A stretch of 64,000 nt of DNA, from positions 1,550,001-1,614,000 of the forward strand of contig NC_047074.1 of NCBI RefSeq assembly GCF_902459465.1. Reading direction: 5' to 3'. Below, in pieces: positions 25,974-38,000 of this stretch. Position numbers and translations under genes: made by a program. Numbering within the stretch: position 1 is the first letter of the stretch; every line of letters starts with the position of its first letter. A model generated the notes under the pieces. The model was not told where the DNA came from. It saw nothing but the letters and a program-made list of their open reading frames with translations, and ran no database searches. Origin of the DNA: Asterias rubens. Lineage: Eukaryota.

Positions 25974-28900
25974 TTATAACTGAAGTACGTCAACTGGGGG
26001 GAGTTTGGCAACTTCGTAGAAGACTCTGGAAGGACAAGAAAATGAGAGAAGTGTTTAAGTAGTAAATATATTTGATTTATTCTTAGCTTAATTACTAAAT
26101 CTCAAACACACCCTATAGACCTTATGCACATGACGTCATTTCAGTAGGGCGCCCTCACCTAGAGGTCAAAAGGAGGTTGTTCATTGGCCAATCCTGTGCG
26201 CCGCGCGTACAAATCTGTGCGTTTCGATTGTTTCGTCACCGTTTATCCACTAAGATGGCCGCTGGATGACGTCAATGCATAAGGTCCATTAAGGCAGGTT
26301 CCATCCAATGAGGCCAGCATGTATATAATAACTACCTACAATATAAAACAAAACATTTACAAGCAAAGGCAATCTTACAATAACAGAAAACAAAAACTAA
26401 AAACTAACACAACACACATGGTATAATGGAGATTGAGTGGTGCCCATAAAAAGCACAGCTTGTCGAGTACGGACCCCGAACGAAGAAAGCAATGTAAGTA
26501 ATTCTATTAGGTGGAAGTAGACATTTGCTAAGCAATAGTTTTGTGCTTAAGGGCTATACTTACTGGTGGGAGTATTTATTTCTGATGGTCATTAGTTGTT
26601 TATTGGGTGTTGCGGTAAGCATGGAGTTCAGCTGCTTCGTGAGGTCGGCAAGCTCAGATGATGTGTACCCAGAGTAGTGTACGAGTGTTGCATCCTGATT
26701 GGGTGAAAGAAAGGACCAATCAAAAATCAGATCTCCAAAGTCGTACAATTGTTCACTTAAACAAAAACTCATAATATAGAAAGTCAATAAAATAATACTT
26801 ATAATATTGGGTGCCAATCAATATAGCAAAGTATGTGTATATACAGCAAAGAAGGTATGCACATACCCGAAAACGAGTATACAAAATGTGATAATAATAA
26901 TAATAATCGCTTCTTATTTAACGCTCAAAGTGATGTTCTTCAACATCCAGTATTTAATTTTTCTGCAAGGTATTGTGGAGCTACGTTTTTGAGGTTTGAG
27001 ACTTTTTTCCATATCAGCATGTAATGGAACCTAAGGTTTTACGTCCCATGCAAAGGACACAGCAATAATGGTTTAGTCACTTCGATGATACAGACAACTT
27101 ATCTTAAGATGTTCGTGCTTTTGGCCATCGAGTCCAGAAGTCAACAAACTTGAAACCTACCCATTCCGCTGTCTTGGTCATCTTGAAGGCAAGCAGAAGA
27201 GCGGCTGCGGCTACTTTAGAATCTCTCGTCTCAAGGAACTGACTCTCCATCAAGGAATGCTCCAGAATAAACCTGGCTAGCGTAAGGGTCTCCATGGACG
27301 CGTGAGCACACTACGTAGACAAACGGAACATAAAGCATTACGGCCTAAAGAAGTGTAGCTTGGTTACTCTTTATGTTTTAGGGTGCATGACAAAATCTAC
27401 GCATGATATAAAAATACTTGATCGCTGGGCCAATAACATTCCTTTGATCTATCTCAGCTCCCTGGGGAGTATACAGCCTGAGCTACCGCGGCGCTCGGAC
27501 AATAACTGAAGGCTTTCTCTAACACAATATCAGCCTCCAGCCTCGCAGGAACCCTGTTAGTGTATACCCATGGGTGAAAAGAAGCAATTTTAGTAAGTAT
27601 CTTGCTCAAGGACACATGGGGCGCTTGACCAGTAAAGTGATAAAGTGATAAAGAAATAGTATTAACTTAGTGGTATGTAACTTCTCTAGTTTACTTAATT
27701 TTGTTGTACCTTAGCGTATCTTCTGAGGAATCTGTATGAAAGAGGGATGCCGAGATCAAAATCAAGCAGTCTTAGAATTGCCATCTCGGTGTCGATGAAC
27801 TGTTGTCTCTCGTAGGCATCGTCGCAGATGTACTTGAAGTCATCAAGGGCTGGAGGACATCTCTCCTACAACAGAGCAACAAATATAGAGAAAAAGGTCC
27901 TGTTAAAAAAGTTGTGGTTCTTACAAAAGCTATGATACTCTTTACACTAGCCCTGTGGAGATTGTCTGGTAGACAGTGTCACAGGCCAATAAACACCACT
28001 TCTTCACAGGCTTACTATGTCAACTTACATCATATTTGCAGGCGATGAAAAGCGATGTGGCGCCCAACAGTTGAAGCACGTCTCTTGTTACGACTTTCTT
28101 CATCAGATAGCGGTCGATCAGCTTGACGGCCAAGTACAGCGTTTCGTGGTTCAACTCAAAGTTTTCTTGGACCTCGACGAGCCAGTCCACCAACACTGCC
28201 CTCATGTGAGTGTTGACTTCAGGTTGTTTCTCAAAGTAAGATTGAATTGGGGTTATTAGCTGTAATAATAAACAAATAATTCAAAAATTAAGATTTATCT
28301 TTACTCAGTGATGCAATAGATGGATTGCAAAAAAATAATAAAATAAATATTCTTTTTAAAAAACAAAAGAGGGCCTCACCTCGCGTTCTTTGAGATAGTT
28401 GAATATATCTTGAGCGTAGATCGGTGACTGATTAGGATCTCCTTTGTTTTCTTCATCAATATCATCGTACGCTGGTGTTTCCTGAAGACTTATTGCAGCC
28501 ACCTATTATTTCAAATGTAGAATTTTTTTGTATTAAACATCATATCAGACAAGGACCCAACTTAATAAAGCCTATCACCAAAAATTTAAAAAAAAAACTG
28601 TTTCTTAGCAACAAAAGGTGACCTGCCAGAATGACAAGAAGAATTTTCTGCTTAACAGCTTAATGAAGTTTGGCCCATGACCCAATTTTATAGAGCACAA
28701 AGGGGCTAGCCCAGGCCTAAGCACAACAAAAGCATGCTCACCAAAATAAGGTTACCAGTCAAACTACCATGTCACATGTACAATGACTGGCATCCTGCTC
28801 AATTCTGCTTAGCAGATACATTTTTAAGCAACCTTTTTTGCTTGAATGAGATTGGCCCTGGTGGTTTGCCCTTTTTCAAATTAAAATTCATAACAATTTG

Positions 28901-30418
28901 AAATATTAATGATTAAACCTTCACACTTCAATTGTACTTTCAGCCTGACTTTAAAATGGTATAAATATTTCAGTTTAAAAGGTGTAGATTAATGAATAAT
29001 TTACCGCATCCTTGATGTCTAGCTCCACGGTCCTTTCCTCATTTTTCATATTCATCAAAACGACCTCGTCTGAACTTTCCGACGACGAACTGTACAAGAA
29101 AAAATATTCAATAAATTAAGCATAACGGTAGAAACACACACACAATTCACACATTCTCAAAAAAGCATAATTTAGTTCTTTCCTTTGTAAGGGCACTTAA
29201 AGGAACTGAACATCTTTGATAATTATCAAAGAACAGTAACCCCACTTGGTGTATCACAACGAATGCATAAAGTAACAAACCTGTGGAAATTTGAACTCAA
29301 CTGATCATCAAAGTTGCAAGAGTATAGCAAAAAAAAAAAAAAAATACCCCATTTTGCATAAATTTTTGTGCTTTCTAATGCCTTACAAACAATAAAAAAG
29401 GCTTCAGGCCTGAAGTGTTTTATTATTTGAGTGAGAAACTACCTCTTTCTCAAAAACAATGTTACTCAATCAGAGGGAGCCGTTTCTCACCTCACAATGT
29501 GTTATACTACCAACAGCTCTCTATTGCTTGTTACCAAGAGAGTTTTTATGCTAGTATTTTGAGTAATTACCATTAGTGTCCAGTGCCTTTAAAAACTTAG
29601 GAAACTGGGCCCTGGTAAGCCAGATCCTACGAAAGAAAAATGGCCACCAACCTCGAGATTGATGACTGTGATGACAGTGACGCCTCTTCTGACGAACCCT
29701 GTGACATAACAATCTCCAAACTGTCATCGCCATCTTCCACCGCCAAAGGAACTACTTCTGGTTTAGCCTTGACGGCCAGCGATTTGGCTTTCAATGCCTG
29801 CTGGACGAGTGTAGACTTCTTGGTGGCGAGGATTGTTGACTTTTTCTTGCCCTCATCTTTCCGAATGAGTCTCGCCTGTTTTAGAAACACAAACAAATTG
29901 ATGCCATGATCGAGTTAAATTATAAGTGAATGTCACTTCTGAACTTGGTAATAATACAAAAAAAATTAAATTATAAAAGATTTATACTGTGCCCCTTAAC
30001 GGTACTTAAAAATTGTCAGAACAAATTTGAAAACCCACAGAATGAACAAAAATGGAAGTGTCAACAATACACTGTACACATTACTTACGTTTGTAATGTC
30101 ACCAAATGCTGCTCTCTTCAGGGGTTGCTGACCCTTGGGCGACCCGCTGGATCGACGTTTGTTCTGCCTCAGGACGGGGACCCCAGAGGTCTTATCTTGG
30201 TGAATCTAAAACACAAAATAGAAAAATATGAATATGAATATAATAGAACAATGACGATAGGTGCTTTTTATGTGAACACTTTAAAACGATCACGGATTTA
30301 TACTTAAACGTTTTTACATTTAAATCAGCCACTGACACCAAACTATTTACATGGTTTCCATGGAACTCACCTGTGGGACATTTACTGTCTTTGGTTTTCT
30401 TCTGAGTGCAAGTGGCAT
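25974..30418 (-). CDS. CCNB3: Cyclin B3, ~431 aa, coding exons 30418-30371, 30205-30089, 29875-29652, 29089-29005, 28481(or 28502)-28380, 28259-28029, 27865-27710, 27310-27161, 26694-26564, 26025-25974
   Basis: Destruction box RAAFGDITN, cyclin box MRAVLVDWLVEVQENFELNHETLYLAVKL, ERCPP.LDDFKYICDDAY, C-terminal NKYSHQVFYEVAKLP. The ENFELNHETLYL and C-terminal signatures are B3-type. Phases are consistent. Confidence 0.92.
26114..26291. mobile_element. Small MITE
   Basis: Inverted termini agaccttatgca..tgacgtca / tgacgtca.tgcataaggtc. Confidence 0.55.
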
Positions 30419-31365
30419 CTTGCTGGGAATTAGTATTCGTTCTCTTCACGGTCAAAGTATGAATCTAAAGGAGAAAATAAAATAAAACATTTGAAGATAA
30501 AAAACCCAGTGTCAAAGACTTCATTAGCTGAGGCCATGGCTCAAGTTTTACGCATACACTGGAACGCAGGCTGAAGGCCAGTAGTTTTTACACTGGGCCA
30601 GTAAAACTCAAGACTGGAATGGACTAGTTTGGCCTCTGACAGTCTTGTACTCTTTTGTTGACATCTTGGTTTGATAGATCGTCAAATTTTCATGACTGTG
30701 CTGTTCCACCATGCTTGGATCATGCCAAAATTATCCGGAAACAAACTAACAAACAAAACTAAACAAGGGGACTGCACTTTGATAGTTATAAATTATTTTT
30801 CTTGTAATTCACGAAAAATAACCTTTTCAGGCACTTGCGAGCAAGGGCAATGCTTTTTTGATAGTTTCTGATCACTCCGATTAGCAGATCTGCTCCACTC
30901 TAAACATGCATAATTTACAAGTAGCTCCAGACGTCCTTGCCATTTAAATTGGGCAGTGTGCGTTTACAACTATAGAGCAGTGAAGTGTTTTGCTGACAAA
31001 AGAGCGTTTTGTTTTAAGCTCTTGGGCTAATTAAGAATTGATATTCCCATTTGCGCAATCTTGGAATTGCTCACTTAACCAGAGGAAAATTTGAGTGGTA
31101 TTAACACACAGGGCACTAAGTGGTCAATGTTATGAATTATATATTTATCACTCTACTCTAAATGGGCTTGCGTTTTAATTTCAAGGAGAAAATGTTTTTC
31201 CCTTAAAAGTGCAACAATTGAAAATTTAGTTTTAGTAGGGCTGTGTGTACGGACAGAGAAACAAGCAGACATTGTTAATGCCTTTTCAACAGATCTGAAA
31301 AAGAAGTCTACAAATCTGTTTTCGTAAATTCAAGCCACTGTTTTAACATCCGCTGATTGTTCAAG

Positions 31366-32100
31366 ATGGCTACTGCAATGCTTTGCAACAACGATGCACG
31401 TTTGCTCTTCATATCTTTAGTGGGCATACTTGTAGGCATAGCTGGTGCCTTTACTTGTTGCCGTGATGGCTGGGTAAAGTTTGGCAACTCCTGTTACACA
31501 AACTTCACTGATACAAAGTTGAGGGCGACTGGGTGGGTCGACGCCTATGAGAGATGTTCTAGTCTGGGATCCCGTATACTCAATCTCGAGTCCAATGCGG
31601 AGGCCGAGTTTGTGAAGAGCATTATCGATGGGGACGGGAGAATGCGCGTTATTCTTGAATGCGCTGTTGATTCAGACAGCACACCACCCAAATGCTCCGA
31701 CGGCGACGTAGGCGAAAAGCTGAGAATGCTGCGCGATAACTCCAGTTCTCATGCATGCCTGGCGATGAGACCTTTTAGCCCGGACACGATTTCGTTCACT
31801 ACACTGAAATGTTCCGACAGAAAAATCTGCTTCGTGTGTGAGTACGAAATTGAGAACGCAGAGTGTTTTGCTGTCGGATCTCCAACTGTGCCACATTCTT
31901 GCCTGCTTGACCACACCTATAAGGAGATCCCACTTCTGCACCCGATTCAGTGCTGCCTGGCCTGCCGTAAGGACTCTAACTGCAAGTCGTTCAATCTGTC
32001 AGGAAAGATGTGCCAATTCAACAATGCCACTATCGCCATGATCGACACTGACAAGTATGTGGACTTCAAGGAGAACTGTACGTATTTTCAGTTTCAATGA
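31366..32100 (+). CDS. Secreted C-type lectin-like domain plus PAN/apple domain protein, single coding exon, 244 aa
   Basis: Hydrophobic leader LLFISLVGILVGIAGA; CTLD start CRDGWVKFGNSCY...W.DA...C....LNLESNAE.EFV...FVCE; PAN-like CLLDH...CCLACRKDSNCKSFNL..KMCQFN. A possible 5'-UTR acceptor lies at 31292. Confidence 0.8.
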   Translation: MATAMLCNNDARLLFISLVGILVGIAGAFTCCRDGWVKFGNSCYTNFTDTKLRATGWVDAYERCSSLGSRILNLESNAEAEFVKSIIDGDGRMRVILECAVDSDSTPPKCSDGDVGEKLRMLRDNSSSHACLAMRPFSPDTISFTTLKCSDRKICFVCEYEIENAECFAVGSPTVPHSCLLDHTYKEIPLLHPIQCCLACRKDSNCKSFNLSGKMCQFNNATIAMIDTDKYVDFKENCTYFQFQ

Positions 32101-32760
32101 GCATCACATAGCAGGAACTTGTCTTTCAACTTGGTTTTTGTGAAGATAAATTGGAACATCGACTTCGCCACTTGGCGACAAAAAGAACCAACTAGAACTT
32201 TCACTCTCCAATTCAAATGACCTGATGACTCTAAACAAATTAATGGCAACTCAACAGGGTTGGCCTAACTTTTTGAGTGACTAGCCAGCAAGATCAGATA
32301 GCTTTTCATTGCACTGGTCCGTAAGCTTTTTTAGGATGTTAAGGATGCTTAAGAACACTTTGCCAGCCAGACCATTTGGAGTAAATTTCTATGAAAGGAC
32401 TAGTTTATTCAAAAATGTATGTACTTTCACTTAACAATGTTCAACGTTTGAAATAAAGGTTTATACATTACATACAGCGCCCCAGTGTTCAACGTAAACC
32501 TTTACTAAACGAAGACAAAAACAAAGCAGTTATTTTAAATTTTGTTTTAGATGTGTAGTAGAAGACAAAAAAATAGCATATATATAGCAAAATTAGGCCT
32601 ATGATATGAAGAGAAACAAATTATTTGCCCGGAAAAGGAAAAAAATATTGAGCACACTATCAGAAAAGTTTCCGTATCCTGCTGCCACCACTTTGCTTTT
32701 TTGTTATAGTAAATGATTGTAATAATACTGTGTTACTGTTAGTTAGGCTACTGTTAGTGT

Positions 32761-32911
32761 TAGGACTAGGCTACTCCTCCTACTAGAACTATTTCGGTTT
32801 CGTCCGGCTATTGTCTCCCATACGGGAGACGATAGCCGGACGAAACCGAAATAGTTCTGGGAGACGATAACCGGACGAAACCGAAATAGTTCTAGGAGTA
32901 GGACTAGGCTA
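32761..32911. repeat. Foldback element: 35-bp hairpin, duplicated arm, 13-bp flanking direct repeats
   Basis: Arms 32785-32819 and 32824-32858; second 3' arm 32859-32893; TAGGACTAGGCTA on both sides. Confidence 0.85.
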
Positions 32912-33293
32912 TATAATTATAAAAATAAAAATAAAAAATACTAAAAATAGTATTTATTTTTCTCAAATGAGTTATTCCCAGTCCCGATATTCCTTAGTCA
33001 TTGTTGTGTGAGAAGTGGTGACAGGATACAGAAAGATCATGCTTTAATTAAACAAAACAAGCTTAAAAATTTTAAATGTAAAAATATAAAATTCATTTCC
33101 CTCAAAATGTTATTCATGTTCTGTTGTTATTTTACAAATATGTATCTGTGAACATGGTCATTGCTTTTATTTAATATTATAACCAATCTCTGTCCTAGTC
33201 TGTTTTAATCACGTCGTGTTTAACGAGAAAGGATTCCTTCTTTTGCAGTAACATTGATCAAGTCAAAGTCCTTGCTCAAAAACTATCCCTCAC

Positions 33294-33560
33294 CGAGCTC
33301 CCTATATCCCGCATTTTATGTGCAACACTTTCAATGGAATTTCAATAGACCTAACCAAAATTTCGAAAAAACAAACATGGAGGAAAAAATATGGTACAAC
33401 AAACAACTCACAAATACTACTAAATTTCATACCCAATGCAACAATCTCGAGACTCAGTCTTGTGTGTTGAACGTTCAGCTTAACTTCTGAGGGATTCGCA
33501 CCAAAATCGGATTCGTTTTAAGACACGAAATCTTTGAAATTCCTGCGGCAGTGTTCCTAC
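33294..33560 (-). other. Probable non-coding first exon of cyclin B3 (5' end approximate)
   Basis: The first CCNB3 coding exon starts after an acceptor at 30465, so an upstream exon is required. A minus-strand donor ctcg|GTGAGG lies at 33294, just downstream of the CCAAT/CHR cluster. Confidence 0.55.
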
Positions 33561-34030
33561 AATCTCTTGTTCTTTGTACACAACCTAATGCATGTAATGA
33601 GAGCTTTTTCTAGCCGGCCAGCGTGAATTTCCAGAACTCTATTTGAAATACACGCCAGCGTTCAGTCACTGTTTTGCCTTAGACGCCCCAAAGCTGTGCG
33701 TTGATTGGTCAGCACGCACGGGCTTTGGCCAATCAAATCATTGATTTATTTATCTGATTTAAATACCCCCAAAAGCTTTCATTCAAACATTGAGGAAAAA
33801 CATTTAGTTAAATTATATTAATAAAACTAACTTATCATTTTAAAAGTATCTATAACTTAGTAAATAAATGTTCTTGTCTCAGCTTGAAATTATTTGGTGG
33901 AAAAAGCGTTGGGAATTTGTGATCCTTTTGTTGTATTAGTGCAGGGCCGTGACCCCTGCGAACTTTTTCGTTATTTACTTTTGTCTTTTCCGATTTCCAG
34001 TTTGTAAACAAACAAAATGGCGTCCGCCTC
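33520..34030. promoter_or_regulatory. Divergent promoter region cyclin B3 / GRL with cell-cycle-type elements
   Basis: ATTGG 33704-33708 and CCAAT 33729-33733; TTTGAA (CHR-like) at 33533 and 33642; YY1-like AAAATGGCG near 34015. Confidence 0.55.
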
Positions 34031-34119
34031 CTTCACACAAAATTGACAAAACCTTGACACTTCGTTCACGCGTTGTCAGAGTTCTTTGTCTTCTGACGTC
34101 TTATGGAGGAGACATTTTG
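34000..34119 (+). other. Probable non-coding first exon of the GRL gene (5' end approximate)
   Basis: Strong donor tttg|GTAAGG at 34120, with acceptors at 35003 and 35020 in front of the coding ATG. The short ATG frames in this exon terminate. Confidence 0.5.
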
Positions 34120-35041
34120 GTAAGGTTTAGTAACAGTTTAACTTGGATGAAGTAAACGTTTTCGGGTTGGCGTTTTTAAAAAGTTATTTGGGTTTTAAAA
34201 CACCAGTTCGGAAAAACGGGAAATGTTGTCGTCGCGCGCGCACAGGCCATTCCCAGCCACACATCGCACTTGTCAAAACTGCGGCTGCATGCATGTGGAG
34301 ACGACAACATTTTAATCACTTCTTGTTTCATATTTAATAACTAATTGATTTTGTTTGTTGTTTGGCAAAATACAACTACAAGAACTAGTAGAAATATTTA
34401 TTAAAAAAAAAAAAAAAGGTAAGCAGGATAATACTAATAGAAATAGAAAAAATGGATAACTTTTATGGCGCCACCACTTTTTCACTCATTTTACAAAAAT
34501 GGCTCTTTGAGGTAAATTAGATACTATATTATCAAATGTAGTTGCGATAACGGGAAATCCCGATAACGTAACCCTCCTCCCGACGGCCTCAGGTCTGGTG
34601 GCCGTCTGGAGGAGGGTTACGTTTTTGTAACTATATCAAATGAAAAAGTGGTGGCGCCAGCCATACGAAAACTTTTCCCCAAAAATTAAGAAAACGGCAA
34701 GAAAGTAATTAATTTGCTGAAGACATTAACTTTACTGTTATAATAACACTTTCAGGGAAAAAAATCTATATCCTGCCACCATACTTTTGATTTGTTATGA
34801 AGAAAAAAAATATATATATATTTTTTTTTCCTTAAAAAAATGTGAAAAAGTTGTGGTTAGGTAATGGCACTTTCTTAAAAAACACACAATTTGAACCCTT
34901 CTAAAAAAATTCTTTTAAACTACATAATAATTACTAGTGTCAACATCAATTTATAAACAATTTTTATATACATTTTTATGAACAATTTATCGCAATTTTT
35001 TAGAGACGTAGTACGTGTAGATGTTAACAACACTCTCTTCC

Positions 35042-38000
35042 ATGAATGGCAGCCGTTCCAGCTCCACATTGAGACTTATGGATGATAGAATGTTTAGCTC
35101 TGACTCCAGCGCCGGAGGCTTTGAAGAGAGGGGAAGAGAGGATGAGTTCCTGAATGATTCTTACACTTCTTCGATTGTTGAGGTGAGGACCAGTTAACAA
35201 AATTAATAATTGATTGAGATATCGCCTAACATCACAGGACCGGAAGGCCACTTCAAGGAGAGGGCTACACTCAACTGATTTTGGCTGTCGACCTGTCAAG
35301 GGGTACGTTGCCACCTACTTCTAGGGCTGAAACAGGGTTACCCGCTTTAACAGTCTGAAGGATGTAGGCATGGGTATCATCCACTAGGAGCCTGTCTGGA
35401 AGTGCACTGTTAAGGGAGGACAGTACATTACACAATGTACAAGACTAAAGTGTGGGGTCTAATGTTGCTGTTGTTGGTTTTGTTTAGATCACAGATATCG
35501 ACAGTCGAGGAAACAACACCCCGTATCACACCACCGTTATCCTGAAGCGATGCAGACAACAAGTATTGATGCCATACTGGAAACTTCTCTTCCTTGTAAG
35601 TTTGGACCTTCCCTCAGCCCCACCGATCTCATCCCTTGTGACCCCTCTCGTCTTATCCATGGAGGTTCTAATTTATTTATTCCGTGTCTTTAAGAGTGCT
35701 CTAGTCTAATGGTTTTAAACACAATATTAAAAATATGGTGTCCAAATAACTCACCTACATAAAAACAAATTCCCCCTGTCAGTTTTCCTTGTGGTTTGTT
35801 ACTTGATAACTGAATTTCTTTTTAACAGCATTTAACTTTCTCATTGCGGCGTTCAGATTGGCTGGCGACCTTTTGGCAGGGATCGTATCAACTACCACTG
35901 GGGCTGGAGGATCCTCAACCTAATCTACCCCGTCCTGCTGGTTGCATTGATGTTCTATGTCTACACTTACAGAATACTATCCTGTCAGAGCAGATATGAC
36001 GTACCAATAGCAATAGTAACCGTAAGTCCCATTTTGCCTTGTTCCTTGTTATGTCTTAACTTAATTCACAGTAAGCCTGTGTCAAAGTCGCGACTATTGA
36101 TTGCTTAGTCAAGTTGCAACTACCGTTTTTCAACTACTCGGTTAATCGTTCCACCGTGACTACTACAACAATAGTTGCGACTACCTGCTTGGTGAACCAT
36201 TTGTGACGCTCACAACTATTCACAACAACATAATTTACTTTATCATCAGACATCAGTGACACAATCCTTCAATTCTTTCAGCGTAAGGTTTACTATCGTG
36301 CCTGCAGCAAACAATATCCATCTGGGGAACTAAGAATAAGTCACACCTAGTGTCGAAGTCGAGCCTTTATGAAGCCCAACTAGTTGAGTAGTTAACTTTA
36401 TTAGTCGCCCAGGCCTAATTCGCAGCCTTTGTTTCTCATCAGACATTTGCTGACGAAACTGTTTTCATTCCAACCCACAGACCACGATTCCAGTGACGAA
36501 CTCCTCCCCAGCTTTAACCACCACCATACCAGCCAACAGCTCCTACGACCTCACCCCCTCGGTGGATACTTACCATCTGTGTACCCACCTGGCCACCTCC
36601 TACATCCTGCCAGACATCCTTCATTTCATGGCATTCCTGCTGGGTTTCTGGTACTTCAGGGTACAAGACAACGAGCAAATGGATGCCCTTATTCAGCAGG
36701 TTGGGTACCAGACTACTTTGTTAATGACTGTCTTTGATGAATTCTCTTGTTTTTTCTTTGTATTTCCATAGTTTCAAAACCATGTGTTTTTGAAGTGATG
36801 CTATTGTCTTTTGTATGTATCTTTTATGGATTTGTTTTGTGAGCAAGTTTTTTTTAAATATTTCTATATTATGTTTTTTTTAATGATAGATAAACTGTGT
36901 CAGCATATGGAGTGCATGCGGCATCTACAACCACACAATAATGATAATGTATAAACACCTGCTAGGCTTAATAGATATTCATAACCACCCCAGACAGTTT
37001 TGCTACTCCTATTGGGGGAAAACGCGTCAAGTGGGGGTGTTTAAACGGATAATGACCAGCTGGAGCTGTTTATAACCGGCTGGCTTCCGCGTGTCGGGCG
37101 CGTGAGTACGCCAATATTATCACGCGGAATGCGCAATTCATAGCTATTAGTAACAGCGCGTAATCTATTTCTAACCTCGCGCGCGTAATCTATTTAAGCC
37201 CGTGCGTGTACACACAACCCCCGCGCATCAAACAGATTCTTCACAAAGTTCTTGAAACCTTGCAGGATCGTTGCCTTGGATAAAGGCCCTTGCCTTCGGC
37301 TCGGGTCGTTATCACTTTGCAACAACCCTGCCAGTTTGAAACGGCCGTTAAAGAACTCGTCACTACCCCTTTATTCCCTCATTTATCTTGCATCAGGGAA
37401 TTTAACTGTTTAATTTGTTCACAGAACTCTGAAAAGTACTTAATATACATCGGTGAATCCAAGTTGTATAAACAAGTCATTATTGGTTCTTCTTTACAGG
37501 CTTTCTTACACGCTACACCGAATCAACATGGAAGCAACACACAGGCCATGATGATAAAGACAATGAAGTAAGAACCATTTTTACTCTGCTTCAAATTCGT
37601 CTCAACCTCCTTATTTCCCAATCCTTTATTTTTAGCAAGTTAATAAGTTGTCGAGTCCGAGCTTTTTTGAGGATCGGGTTCAAATTCACAAAGAGTTGGG
37701 ACTAGTTCTAGGAGATATTAAAAAGTTAAGGTTAGCCCTAAGTTAAGGACACTTGACACTATTGGTAATTGCATCTCAACATATTCATAAAATAACAAAA
37801 CTAAAAGTTTGAGCCCTTTAAGAATCTACTATTATTATTGTTATAATTAAATTACTGTTTGTTTCCCCAAATACAGGTGGATTCTTGTTGGTGGTGCCCT
37901 GTGGGTGTTAGTCGCAATAGGCAAGAATATACTCTTTCTGGTTGCATTTGGACTTGACAACACTGTTTATCCTTTCTTCACTGAGTAAGTTTTTTTCTCA

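Noticed and set aside
30192-30455. TTG-initiated ORF as the cyclin B3 N-terminus
   Set aside because: The ATG at 30418 in another frame splices in phase to the destruction-box exon.
35024-35314. Minus-strand ORF with a vague resemblance to a retroelement endonuclease tail
   Set aside because: It is the antisense of the first GRL coding exon, which has a clean ATG and a phase-0 donor.
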